From Myxococcota bacterium (GTDB taxonomy: Bacteria > Myxococcota_A > UBA9160 > UBA6930): a stretch of DNA of 64,000 nucleotides. A model generated the notes under the pieces. That model worked only from the letters and a program-made list of their open reading frames with translations. It was not told where the DNA came from and searched no databases. The stretch covers positions 672,001-736,000 of the forward strand of contig OZ245002.1 in assembly GCA_965223415.1 (NCBI GenBank), written 5' to 3'. The position numbers were made by a program, and so were the translations under genes. This document shows, in pieces, positions 27,349 to 36,655 of the stretch (within the stretch, counting starts at the first letter, position 1; every line of letters begins with the position of its first letter).

Positions 27349-28497
27349 ATGACCACCCTCCCCCGCGCCGCCCTCGCCGTCGTCCTCGCGCTGGCCGTCG
27401 GAAGCTGCCTGCCGGCGGCGGACCGCCGTATCGAAGTCGTGAACCTGAACCTGCTGCACGGCTTCGACTGCGACCCGCCCTCGCCGGCCCAGGGCGACCA
27501 GTGCCGGCTCGGCGAGCGCGTCGACCTGCTCTTCGACCACGTGGTCGACGCCGGCTGCCCGGACCTGGTGACCCTTCAGGAGGTGATCGACGCCCCGTTC
27601 GTGCTGCGGGGCGGCGGCCAGGCGGTCGGCCCCCTCGATTCGTCCCTCGCGCTGATCACCGCCGGCCTCGACGGCGCCGAGGCCCGCTGCGGCTTCCGCT
27701 ACGAGCTGGTCTTCGCGCCGATCCCGATCGGCCTGATCCAGGTGACCGACGAGGAGCTGATCCTGAGCCGCTATCCGGTGCTGGACAGCGAGACCCGCCT
27801 GCTCCACAGCGCGCTCTTCGTCCCCGGCGGCTTCCCTCAGCTCTTCGCGCGCCACGCGCTCTACGTCCGCGTCGACCACCCGACCGGGCCGGTCGACGTC
27901 TTCACCACCCACCTGGCGTCGGGCTCCGACTTCGCGACGAACGCCTGCGACTCCTTCGCCGACCTCGGCTCGGGCGTGACAGCCCGCGTCGCCTGCCCCG
28001 CCGAGTGCGACCCGGCCGGCAGCGTGCGCGAATGCCAGGCGCGTCAGCTCGTGCTGTTCGCGGAGGAACGCCACGACGTGGCGCACCCGGCTTTCGTGAC
28101 CGGCGACCTCAACGCCGAGCCCGACTCGCCGGAGCTCGCCGAGCTGCTCGGCGCCGGCTGGATCGACAGCCACACCGAGGTCGCCGCCCAGGCCTGCGGG
28201 ACCGAGGGCATCGGCTGCACCTCCGGCCGCAGCGAGACCGGCGGGGACCTGGAGGACCCGGTGCTGAACGTGGATCGACGAATCGACTACGTGCTGGTCC
28301 TGCCCCCCGGCGAAGGGGCGGCCTGCGCCGGCGAGCTGGTGCCGGAGGGAACCGGCCTCTTCGCCCACGAGCCGAACCCGTTCGCACCCGCCTGCGGGCC
28401 CGCACCGCTTCCGGTCTGCTGGACCTCGGATCACAGCGGAAACCGCGCCGAGCTCTCCTGCGACCGCCTGCCGCGCCCGTCGGACGCGGCGCCCTAG
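27349..28497 (+). CDS. Endonuclease/exonuclease/phosphatase family lipoprotein
   Basis: NLNLLHG, VTLQEV, TTHL, TGDLN, RIDYV, SDH; VGSC lipobox. Confidence 0.85.
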   Translation: MTTLPRAALAVVLALAVGSCLPAADRRIEVVNLNLLHGFDCDPPSPAQGDQCRLGERVDLLFDHVVDAGCPDLVTLQEVIDAPFVLRGGGQAVGPLDSSLALITAGLDGAEARCGFRYELVFAPIPIGLIQVTDEELILSRYPVLDSETRLLHSALFVPGGFPQLFARHALYVRVDHPTGPVDVFTTHLASGSDFATNACDSFADLGSGVTARVACPAECDPAGSVRECQARQLVLFAEERHDVAHPAFVTGDLNAEPDSPELAELLGAGWIDSHTEVAAQACGTEGIGCTSGRSETGGDLEDPVLNVDRRIDYVLVLPPGEGAACAGELVPEGTGLFAHEPNPFAPACGPAPLPVCWTSDHSGNRAELSCDRLPRPSDAAP

Positions 28498-28505
28498 CCC
28501 GGTCG

Positions 28506-28787
28506 CTAGCGGAGCGCCTTCTGCACGCTGCGCTTCAGGCGCAGGGCGTCCGGCGCGAGCTTGCGGTCGTCCATCTTGAGGAGGTAGCGGTCGAGGCCGC
28601 CGTGCTTCTGGACGGTGCGCAGCGCGCGGGTGGTGACGCGCATGGCGATGCGCCGGCCGAGGGCGTCGCTCTGCAGGTGCACGCGCTGGAGGTTGGGGTC
28701 GAAGCGCCGGCAGGTCTTCACGTTGGAGTGGGCGACGTTGCGCCCGGCCTTGGGTCCCACGCCGGTGAGCTGGCAACGCTTGGGCAC
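28506..28787 (-). CDS. rpmB: 50S ribosomal protein L28 (long form without Zn ribbon)
   Basis: MPKRCQLTG...GRNVAHSN.KT.RRFDPNLQ...ALRTVQKHGGLD; TAGTG overlap with L31. Confidence 0.92.
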   Translation of the reverse strand: MPKRCQLTGVGPKAGRNVAHSNVKTCRRFDPNLQRVHLQSDALGRRIAMRVTTRALRTVQKHGGLDRYLLKMDDRKLAPDALRLKRSVQKALR

Positions 28788-29038
28788 TACTTGCCCCCCT
28801 TGTTGCCGTAGCGCTTGCGGAAGCGGTCGACGCGGCCCTCGGTGTCCATCGAGCGTTGCTGGCCGGTCCAGAAGGGATGGCTTTCGGCGGAGATCTCGAG
28901 CCGGATCACCGGCAGCTCCTCCCCGTCCACCTCCTGGGTCTTGTCGGAGGTGAGCGTGGAGCGCGAGACCCACTCCCGCCCCGTCGCGTTGTCGACGAAG
29001 AGGACCTTGTGGTAGTCCGGGTGGATCCCTTCCTTCAC
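28787..29038 (-). CDS. rpmE2: 50S ribosomal protein L31 type B (no Cys)
   Basis: MKEGIHPDYHKVLFVD...EISAESHPFWTG...GRVDRFRKRY. Confidence 0.92.
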   Translation of the reverse strand: MKEGIHPDYHKVLFVDNATGREWVSRSTLTSDKTQEVDGEELPVIRLEISAESHPFWTGQQRSMDTEGRVDRFRKRYGNKGGK

Positions 29039-29040
29039 GG

Positions 29041-29346
29041 CTACCAGCTCGACTTGCGCATGCCCGGCAGCTCGCCCCGCAGCGTCATCTCGCGGAGCGC
29101 GATCCGGCTGAGGCCGAACTTGCGGTACACGGCCTTCGACCGGCCGCTCACCCGACAGCGGCGGGTGAGGCGCGTGGGGCAGGAATTGCGGGGCAGCTTC
29201 GCGAACTCGGCCTGGATCGCGTACTTCTCGTCCACGCCGAGCTCGGGATCCTTCAGCCGCTTGCGCAGCTCGGCGCGTCGCTCGGCGTACTTGGTGATCA
29301 GCCGGCGGCGCTTGTTGTCGCGCAGCACCTGGGACTTCTTGGCCAT
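29041..29346 (-). CDS. rpsN: 30S ribosomal protein S14 (101-aa, Zn-independent type)
   Basis: MAKKS...[36 protein letters not shown]...GMRKSSW. Confidence 0.95.
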   Translation of the reverse strand: MAKKSQVLRDNKRRRLITKYAERRAELRKRLKDPELGVDEKYAIQAEFAKLPRNSCPTRLTRRCRVSGRSKAVYRKFGLSRIALREMTLRGELPGMRKSSW

Positions 29347-29436
29347 CCGCGAATATCCTTCCGTCCGCCCCTCTGGGGCGAGAGCGGCGGAGGTTAGAGG
29401 GCCCGGCGGGGGACCGCAACGCGCCCCCTGGGGAGT

Positions 29437-30414
29437 TCAGGGCTCCAGGACCACCTTTCCGGTCGTTTCGCGGGCGGCCAGAGCCCGCAGGGCCTCGGCC
29501 GCCTGCTCGAGGGGATAGCGGGCCTGGATCGCGGGGCGGATCCCCCCCTGCGCGTAGAGCCTGAAGAGGGCGTCGAACACCTCGGGGACCCGCGCGGGCT
29601 CGTGCTCCCAGTAGGCGTTCCAGTGGAGCCCGACGAGGGAGATGTTCTTGAGCAGCACCCGGTTCATCCGGGGCGTCGGGATCGTGCCCGAGGCGAAGCC
29701 GATCACCAGCAGGCGCCCGTTCCAGGCGATGCACTTGAGGGAGCGGTCGAAGGTGTCGCCGCCCACCGGGTCGTAGATGACGTCGGCGCCGCGGCCAGCG
29801 GTCTCCTCCATCACCCGGTCGACGAAGTCCTCGCGGCGGTAGTCGATCAGCACGTCCGCGCCGGCCGCCCGGGCGACTTCGAGCTTGTCGGGCCCGCCGG
29901 CGGTGGCGAGCACGCGGACTCCGAGGGCGCGGCCGATCTGCACGGCGGCCGTGCCGACGCCGCCGGCCGCCGCGTGCACCAGCAGGGTCTCGCCGGGCTG
30001 GAGCCGCGCCCGGTCGACGAGCGCCGCGTAGGAGGTCGGATACACGATCGGGATCGCCGCCGCCTCGGCGAAGCTCATGGCCTCCGGGAGCTTCCACGCG
30101 TGGGTCGCCGGGACCGCCGCTCGCTCCGCATAGCCGCCGGTGCTCTCGAGCGCGCAGCAGACCCGATCCCCCGGCGCGAAGCCGTGAACGTCCCGGCCGA
30201 CCTCGCGCACGACGCCCGCCGCCTCGCCTCCGGGGACGAAGGGAAGCGGTGGCTTCACTTGGTAGCGGCCGCGGCAGATCAGCGTGTCGAAGAAGTTGCA
30301 GCCCGCCGCGCGCACATCGACGAGCAGTGCACCGGGCACCAGCGCCGGCTCCGGGGCCTCGGACACGCGAAGCTCGTCGGGCTCCATCAGCCGATCGACC
30401 ACGACCGCTCGCAT
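29437..30414 (-). CDS. NADPH:quinone oxidoreductase family (MDR)
   Basis: PFVPGGE, LVHAAAGGVG, DPVGG, IGFASG, GKVVL. Confidence 0.9.
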   Translation of the reverse strand: MRAVVVDRLMEPDELRVSEAPEPALVPGALLVDVRAAGCNFFDTLICRGRYQVKPPLPFVPGGEAAGVVREVGRDVHGFAPGDRVCCALESTGGYAERAAVPATHAWKLPEAMSFAEAAAIPIVYPTSYAALVDRARLQPGETLLVHAAAGGVGTAAVQIGRALGVRVLATAGGPDKLEVARAAGADVLIDYRREDFVDRVMEETAGRGADVIYDPVGGDTFDRSLKCIAWNGRLLVIGFASGTIPTPRMNRVLLKNISLVGLHWNAYWEHEPARVPEVFDALFRLYAQGGIRPAIQARYPLEQAAEALRALAARETTGKVVLEP

Positions 30415-30468
30415 CCGAACGCCCTCCTGCGCTGCCCGCTCCGCAGCGGCGGACTATGCTAGCCGACC

Positions 30469-31371
30469 ATGCGTCTCTACCTGCTGTTGGTCCCGTTCCT
30501 GGCCTTCGTCGCCGCCTGCGCGACACCGCTCCCCCAACCCGTCGACACGGGCCAGCTGGTCTTCTGGGAGATCCGGCCGCCGGAGGGCGACGAAGCCGTC
30601 GCCCACCTGCTGGGTTCCGTCCACCTCGGCCGCGAGACCCTGGACTTCGACCCGGCGGTGGACGCCGCCCTCACCGAGGCCTCGCTCATGGTCTACGAGA
30701 TCACGCCGGGTGCCATGGACCCGCAGCTCATCGCCGTCTCCCTGATGGAGATAGGCCGCCTGCCCGACGGGCAGCGCCTCCCGGAGCTCCTCTCCGAGGG
30801 GACCTGGGAGGCCTTCGAAGAACGGTTGGCCCAGGCCGGCGTGCCGGCTGCGGGCTTCGCCATCTTCGAGCCCTGGGTGGCGATGTTCCAGCTGCTCGGC
30901 ATGAACCTGGCCGAGGCGGAGCTCGACCCGGAGCTGGGCGTGGAGCAGCAGCTCGTTCGGGCGGCGGGGGAGACGCCGACCATCGGCCTCGAGACCGTGG
31001 AGTTCCAGCTCGGCCTGTTCGATGCGCTCCCGCTCGAAACGCAGATCTTCCTGCTCGAGGACGCGATCGAGAGCGAAGACGAGACGGCCGACGCCGTCGG
31101 CCTGATGCTCGCCGCTTGGGAGGCGGGCGATCTCGGCCTCCTGGAGAAGCTGATCGCTCCGAAGCCGGACCAGCCCCACCTGGTCACCTTTCACGAGCGC
31201 GTCTTCCTCGAGCGCAACCGGAACATGGCCGAGGGTGTGGCCGATCTGCTGAGCGAGCCGGGGCGCTACTTCGTCACGCTGGGCGCCGGACACACGCTGG
31301 GCGCCCAGGGCGTCCCCGCGCTGCTCGACGCCCGGGGCTTCCGCGTGCGCCGCATCCCGCGGAGCCACTGA
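30469..31371 (+). CDS. TraB/GumN family lipoprotein
   Basis: LLGSVH, LETVEFQ, ERNRNM, LGAGH; VAAC lipobox. Confidence 0.88.
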   Translation: MRLYLLLVPFLAFVAACATPLPQPVDTGQLVFWEIRPPEGDEAVAHLLGSVHLGRETLDFDPAVDAALTEASLMVYEITPGAMDPQLIAVSLMEIGRLPDGQRLPELLSEGTWEAFEERLAQAGVPAAGFAIFEPWVAMFQLLGMNLAEAELDPELGVEQQLVRAAGETPTIGLETVEFQLGLFDALPLETQIFLLEDAIESEDETADAVGLMLAAWEAGDLGLLEKLIAPKPDQPHLVTFHERVFLERNRNMAEGVADLLSEPGRYFVTLGAGHTLGAQGVPALLDARGFRVRRIPRSH

Positions 31372-31376
31372 GCCCG

Positions 31377-31925
31377 ATGCAATCGATCGATCCGAACGCC
31401 TGGATCGCCCCCAGCGCCGAGCTCTACGGCCGCATCCGCGTGGCCGAGGGCGCCTCCCTGTGGCCCCACTGCGTGATCCGCTCGGAGTGTCAGGAGGTGG
31501 TGGTCGGCCGGATGACCAACCTCCAGGACTTCGTGATGGTCCACGTCGGCTACGACCAACCGACCCACATCGGCGACTTCTGCTCGATCACCCACCACGC
31601 CACGATCCACGGGGCCGTGATCGAGGACGACTGCCTGATCGGCATCAACGCCGTCGTGATGGACGGTGCCGTGATCGGCCGCGGCTCCATCGTGGCACCG
31701 GGAGCCGTCGTCACCGAGGGCGCGCAGGTTCCGCCGGGCTCCATCGTCGCAGGCGTTCCCGCCAAGGTGATCAGGCAACGCGACAACATCTCCGAGAACC
31801 GGCTCAACGCCTGGAACTACCATCGCAACGCCCTGGCCTATCGCCGGGGCGAGCACCGTGCCTGGGACGGGGAGGACTTCGCCACCTTCCAGCGCGAGAA
31901 GCGACGGGAGCTCGGCCTCGACTGA
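31377..31925 (+). CDS. Gamma carbonic anhydrase family (hexapeptide repeat) protein
   Basis: NLQDFVMVH, ITHHATIHG, IGINAVVMDGAVIG, AGVPAKVIR. Confidence 0.88.
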   Translation: MQSIDPNAWIAPSAELYGRIRVAEGASLWPHCVIRSECQEVVVGRMTNLQDFVMVHVGYDQPTHIGDFCSITHHATIHGAVIEDDCLIGINAVVMDGAVIGRGSIVAPGAVVTEGAQVPPGSIVAGVPAKVIRQRDNISENRLNAWNYHRNALAYRRGEHRAWDGEDFATFQREKRRELGLD

Positions 31926-31935
31926 GGCGGGGGCC

Positions 31936-33708
31936 CTACTCGCGGGTCCAGCTGCCGGACTCCAACGGCTCCCGCCAGGGACCGTCCCCGGACACGAGGA
32001 GGCGATCGAACTCGGCGGCCTCCATCGGCTTGCCGAAGTAGTAGCCCTGCATCTCGCGGCAGCCGAAATGATGGAGCATCTCGGCCTGCTCGAGGGTCTC
32101 CACCCCCTCGGCGGTGACGTCGATGCCCTTCGTCGCCGCTAGGTGCAGGGTCGAGAGGATGATGGCCCCGGCGGTCTCGTCCTCGCCTCCCGAGGCCACG
32201 AAGGTCTGGTCAATCTTCACGCGCTGGAGCGGCGTCCGCCAGAAGACGGCCAGGGAGGAGTAGCCTGTGCCGAAATCATCGAGAGCGATCCTGACGCCGA
32301 GGGCCGCGATGCCGCGCAGCGTGTCCTGGACCTCGCGCGCACCGGAGAGGACGCTCGACTCGGTGATCTCCAGCTCCAGCAGATGAGGCGGCACCGAGAA
32401 GCGCTCGAGGTGCGCGGCGACCTGCCGAACCATCAGCGGATCGGCGAGCTGCTGGGGCGAGACGTTCACCGCCGCGTGGAGCTCCCGGCCCTGGCTCACC
32501 CAGCGTCCGAGGTAAGCGCAGGCCTCCCCCAGGACACGCTCGCCGATCTGCGTCATCAGGCCGGCCCGTTCGGCGACCGGGATGAAGGTTCCCGGTGCCA
32601 GGAGACCCCGCTCCGGGTGCTGCCAGCGAACCAGGGCCTCGGTGCCGACGAGGGCGCCGCTCACCACGTCGACCTGGGGCTGGAGGTAGACGCACAGCTC
32701 GCCCCGCTCGAGGGCCCGGTGTAGGCCCCGGATCGTCCCGTACTCGCTGCGTGCGTCGCGGGAGAGCTCGGAGCGGAAGCGACAGTAGCGGTTCTTCCCG
32801 AGAGCCTTGGCCTGGTACATGGCTGCGTCGGCGTTGCCGAGGAGCTCACGCACCGAGTGGCCGTCGTCGGGAGCCAGGGCGACGCCGAGGCTGGGAGTGA
32901 TCCACTCCTGCCGGTCATCCAGCACGAGCGGCTTGGCGAACTCCCGGAGCACGTTCTCGGCGAACACCTGAACGCCATCGTGGGAAGTATCGAGCAGGAC
33001 GAGCAGGAACTCGTCCCCGCCGAGCCGGACCACGCTGTCGGTCCGGCGCACCAGGCCTTCGAGCCGACGCGCCACCTCGACGAGGACCGCGTCGCCGAAG
33101 ACGTGGCCCTGGGAGTCGTTGATCTGCTTGAAGCCATCCAGGTCGAGGAACACGACGGCGGTTCGCTGGTCTCCATGCCGGGCACGGGCCAGGATTCGGG
33201 GGAGGTGTTCCGCCAGCCACTGGCGGTTCGCGAGTCCCGTGACCGGATCGTGGAAGGCGAGGTAACGGTCCTTCTGGCGCGCGGCGCTGGCCTCGCTCCA
33301 CAGGGCATGGAGCTCCTTGGCGTGGAGAAGGGCGTCGCGAAGGGTCTCCTCGGTGAGCAGGTCGCGGGCAATGACCCGCTGGATTCCGGATTGGATCGCC
33401 GCCGCGACCACCCCCGGATCGTAGGCGGGCGAGATCGCGACGACCGGAAGCTGGCCCAGCACCGGAACCGCTCGCTCGATGGCCTCCCGGCCCTCGCCTT
33501 CGGGCAGCTGAAGGCTCAGCACCATCGCGTCGAAGCTCTCCTCGGCGATCCGGGCGAAGGCCGATTCGAGACTGGGCGAAAACTCGATGTCGAACTCGGA
33601 GGGATCGACCATGGCCATGATCCGGGCCAGGGAGCCGCCGGTCTCGTCTGCCTGGGTGGCAACGAGGATGCGCTGCGCGCGCTCCGCTCCCGGCGGGGTC
33701 ACCGACAT
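31936..33708 (-). CDS. Receiver-like + GGDEF + EAL c-di-GMP signalling protein
   Basis: DLDGFKQIND, RLGGDEF, TEALVRW, ELEITES, LDDFGTGYSS; N-terminal atypical REC-like region. Confidence 0.92.
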   Translation of the reverse strand: MSVTPPGAERAQRILVATQADETGGSLARIMAMVDPSEFDIEFSPSLESAFARIAEESFDAMVLSLQLPEGEGREAIERAVPVLGQLPVVAISPAYDPGVVAAAIQSGIQRVIARDLLTEETLRDALLHAKELHALWSEASAARQKDRYLAFHDPVTGLANRQWLAEHLPRILARARHGDQRTAVVFLDLDGFKQINDSQGHVFGDAVLVEVARRLEGLVRRTDSVVRLGGDEFLLVLLDTSHDGVQVFAENVLREFAKPLVLDDRQEWITPSLGVALAPDDGHSVRELLGNADAAMYQAKALGKNRYCRFRSELSRDARSEYGTIRGLHRALERGELCVYLQPQVDVVSGALVGTEALVRWQHPERGLLAPGTFIPVAERAGLMTQIGERVLGEACAYLGRWVSQGRELHAAVNVSPQQLADPLMVRQVAAHLERFSVPPHLLELEITESSVLSGAREVQDTLRGIAALGVRIALDDFGTGYSSLAVFWRTPLQRVKIDQTFVASGGEDETAGAIILSTLHLAATKGIDVTAEGVETLEQAEMLHHFGCREMQGYYFGKPMEAAEFDRLLVSGDGPWREPLESGSWTRE

Positions 33709-33770
33709 GCCGCCTGAGATCGGCCGATTCCGTCCGGGGCTGAAGCCCTCCCCTCGGGTGGAACCGGGCG

Positions 33771-35327
33771 TCACACCCGCGTGTCGCGCCCCTCCCAGAA
33801 GGGCTCGCGCAGGACGCGCTTCAGGATCTTGCCCGAGCCGGTGCGCGGCAGCTCGTCCATGAAGGAGATGGAGCGGGGCAGCTTGTAGCCGGCCAGATGC
33901 TCGCGGGCGAAGGCGATGATCGCCTCCTCGTCGAGCTTCGAGCCGGGTTGAAACACCACCACCGCGTGCACGCTCTCACCCCACTCCTCACTGGGGATGC
34001 CGAAGACCGCGGCGTCGAAGATCTCCGGGTGCGCCTCGAGGGCGGCCTCGATCTCCGCGGGGTAGATGTTCATGCCGCCGGAAATGATCATGTCCTTCTT
34101 GCGATCACAGATGTAATAGAAGCCCTCTTCGTCGAAGTAGGCGACGTCGCCGACGGTGTGGTAGTCGCCCCGCCTGTCGTCCTCGTACTTGTCGTGGGCC
34201 TTGTGGTAGGTGGTGAGCACGCTCCTGCTTCGCACGTAGAGCTCACCGGGGACGCCCGGCTCGTCCACCGCGTTGCCGTCGTCGTCGAACAGTCGCAGCT
34301 CGACGTTCGGCGCCGGCTTGCCGCAGGAGCCGGGCTTCCGGAGCTGGTCGTCCGGGTGCATGATCGTGTCCACGCCCAGCTCCGTCGATCCGTACACCTC
34401 CCACAACGAGCTCGGCGGAAAGTCGCGCACGTAGGCCTGCTTGAGGGCGAAGGACCAAGGCGCCGCGTTCGCGATCATGATGCGCATGCTCGAGCGGTCG
34501 TAGCGGGCCTTCACCTCGTCCGGCAGGTTGCACACCCGGCGGATGGGCGTGGGTGCCGAGAAGGTGCTGCTCACCTTCCACGCGTCCACGAGCCGCAGCC
34601 AGTCCTCCGGATCGAACTTGCGCTGGAGCACGACCGTCTGCCCGTAGGCGTAGGCGAGGCCCATGAAGCCGCCGGGTCCCGAGTGATAGAGGGGACCGGT
34701 CGAGAGGTAGACGTCGTCGGGCGAGTAGCCGATGTACCCGGTCATCGCCTGCACCTGCTCCGGATCGCCCGCGCCGGTGCGCACTGCGCCCTTGGGATGA
34801 CCGGTGGTGCCCGAGGTGTAGATCATGCTCTGGGCGAGGGCTTCCGGCTTGGGCGGCTCCGTGTCCGCCGCCGAAGCCAGGAGCTCCGCCGCGTCGAGCT
34901 GCCCCGGGTGCGGGACGCCGTCGAAGACAGCGACGTGCTTCAGCTGGGGACAATCCGGCGCGATGGCCTCGAACAGCCCGGCGTGCTCCCCGTCGACCCA
35001 GGCGAACACCGCGTCGCAGTTGTCGACGACGTAGGCTGCCTCCTCCGGCGAGAAGCGGTAGTTCAGCGGCACGGCGGTGGCGGCGATCTTGCGCGCGGCA
35101 TGGATCATGGTGACCACGTCCGGCGAGTTGGGCCCGCACCAGACGACACGCTGGCGCGGGGCCACCTCGAGCTCTGCCATGGCGTGGGCCAGGCGATTCA
35201 CGCGGGCGTTCAGCTCCGCGTAGCTCCAGCAGAGAACGGCGGCGCCGGGGCGGTCGTCGATCACCGCCGGCTTGTCCGGATGGGCCCCGGCGTGGACGGC
35301 CAGGATGTCGGGAGCGGGCTCGGGCAT
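33771..35327 (-). CDS. AMP-dependent acyl-CoA synthetase
   Basis: IYTSGTTGHPKG, YGSTE, TVGD, DRKKDMIISGG, PRTGSGK. Confidence 0.92.
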   Translation of the reverse strand: MPEPAPDILAVHAGAHPDKPAVIDDRPGAAVLCWSYAELNARVNRLAHAMAELEVAPRQRVVWCGPNSPDVVTMIHAARKIAATAVPLNYRFSPEEAAYVVDNCDAVFAWVDGEHAGLFEAIAPDCPQLKHVAVFDGVPHPGQLDAAELLASAADTEPPKPEALAQSMIYTSGTTGHPKGAVRTGAGDPEQVQAMTGYIGYSPDDVYLSTGPLYHSGPGGFMGLAYAYGQTVVLQRKFDPEDWLRLVDAWKVSSTFSAPTPIRRVCNLPDEVKARYDRSSMRIMIANAAPWSFALKQAYVRDFPPSSLWEVYGSTELGVDTIMHPDDQLRKPGSCGKPAPNVELRLFDDDGNAVDEPGVPGELYVRSRSVLTTYHKAHDKYEDDRRGDYHTVGDVAYFDEEGFYYICDRKKDMIISGGMNIYPAEIEAALEAHPEIFDAAVFGIPSEEWGESVHAVVVFQPGSKLDEEAIIAFAREHLAGYKLPRSISFMDELPRTGSGKILKRVLREPFWEGRDTRV

Positions 35328-36604
35328 CCGCCCAGGCTACCGCGTGGCGTCCTGCCCCGGGCCGATGCCCCGAAACAGCAGCTCCACCGCGGTCTGCACC
35401 GCGGCCCGGCAGCCGTCGGCGTCGAGCAGACCGTTCGCCCAGGCGATGCGGGCGCCGCTGGTGGCGTGGGCGATGGTGCGAGCGGCCGCCAGGACGTCGA
35501 CCCCCCGCCCCAGCTCGCCCCGGGTGCGACCCTGCTGGAGGATCTCGGCCAGCAGGCCGACGGTCCGATCCTGGAGAGCGAGCACCTGGCGCGCGACCCG
35601 AGCCTCCGGGTGGGTCGTCGCCCGAAGGGCGATGGTCGTGAAGTCCGGATCCCGGGCCAGGAGCCGATGTTCCGCGTCGAGGAAGCTGCCGAGGCGTTCC
35701 GGCGTAGGTTTTTCGCTACGCCCTTCCCGAACCCGGAAGCGATGCCAGGCCTGCTCCTGCAGCTCCTGGAGCTCGTCGACGAGCAGCTCTTCCTTGCTGC
35801 GGATGTGGCGGTAGAGAGAGCTGGCTCCCATCCCGGCCCGCGCGGCGATGGCCCGGAGGGTGGTGGCGTCGAAGCCGCGCTCGCGGAAGAGCGCCCGGGC
35901 GGCCTCGCGGATACGGGCCCGGCTGCGACGTCCGCGCAGGAGCCGGCCGTCGTCGGGCCGGAGCGCTCGCGCCTGGGTACCGGGCGCGGTGAACGGTGCC
36001 TGTCCCCCCACCATGCGAACAGCTTCGCAGATTCTCCGACGGCAGCACGCCCTCCGGCGGTGGCCGGCGGGCGCTCCATCAGATGGACCGGAACGCCATG
36101 CAGGGACAGCTCCCCGCGACGCTCGAAGCCAGCGCTCCCGTAGAAGGGCACGCAGCGCTCGCGGTCGGTCTCGAGCCAGGCCCAGGCGCCCTGGGCGTCC
36201 ACCTCCGCGAGCCAGGCGGCGAGGAGCGCACGACCCGCGCCCTGCCCCTGGTGCGCGGGCGCCACGCCCAGGGTGGCGAGGTAGGCGTGCCCCCCGATCG
36301 GATGGCTCGCCGCGAGGGCCTCGGACACCTCCGCCCAGCGCGAGGCGACCCGGAAGCCCTGGCGGAACGCCAGGTGGAGCCGCGCACCCAAGGGAGGAGA
36401 CGGCAAGGGCCAGGCCAGAGGTGGCACCGACACCAGCACGCCGACCAACCGGCCCGCTCTCCAGGCGCCGCGCACCTCGCCATGGCGGTGGGCGATGGGC
36501 AGGTGCACCCGCATGCCGAGCTCGTTCGAGCGAAGGCGCCTCGCGGCGGGCTCGCCGATCACCGCCCGGTTGAGCGGGTTGTCGCGAAAGGCGCGGGCGA
36601 GCAC
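35261..36604 (-). CDS. GNAT N-acetyltransferase (domain about 36070-36650; the frame stays open over the TetR gene)
   Basis: LARAFRDNP, YLATLGVAPAHQGQGAG, WLET, FYGSAGF; true start and stop uncertain. Confidence 0.7.
   Translation of the reverse strand: MLARAFRDNPLNRAVIGEPAARRLRSNELGMRVHLPIAHRHGEVRGAWRAGRLVGVLVSVPPLAWPLPSPPLGARLHLAFRQGFRVASRWAEVSEALAASHPIGGHAYLATLGVAPAHQGQGAGRALLAAWLAEVDAQGAWAWLETDRERCVPFYGSAGFERRGELSLHGVPVHLMERPPATAGGRAAVGESAKLFAWWGDRHRSPRPVPRRERSGPTTAGSCADVAAGPVSARPPGRSSASAASTPPPSGPSPRGPGWEPALSTATSAARKSCSSTSSRSCRSRPGIASGFGKGVAKNLRRNASAASSTRNIGSWPGIRTSRPSPFGRRPTRRLGSRARCSLSRIGPSACWPRSSSRVAPGASWGGGSTSWRPLAPSPTPPAAPASPGRTVCSTPTAAGPRCRPRWSCCFGASARGRTPRGSLGGCPSPLPTSWPSTPGPIRTSRR
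35337..36014 (-). CDS. TetR/AcrR family regulator
   Basis: FRERGFDATTLRAIAARAGMGASSLYRHIRSKEELL; tail of the 35337..39035 ORF. Confidence 0.85.
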   Translation of the reverse strand: MVGGQAPFTAPGTQARALRPDDGRLLRGRRSRARIREAARALFRERGFDATTLRAIAARAGMGASSLYRHIRSKEELLVDELQELQEQAWHRFRVREGRSEKPTPERLGSFLDAEHRLLARDPDFTTIALRATTHPEARVARQVLALQDRTVGLLAEILQQGRTRGELGRGVDVLAAARTIAHATSGARIAWANGLLDADGCRAAVQTAVELLFRGIGPGQDATR

Positions 36605-36655
36605 GCGGGCCGCCGCCGGCAGCTCCCCGGCGGGCAGCTCGGCGACCCGCAGCAG

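Noticed and set aside
29347..29436. Zur box upstream of rpsN
   Set aside because: No AT-rich palindrome is visible; the region is GC-rich
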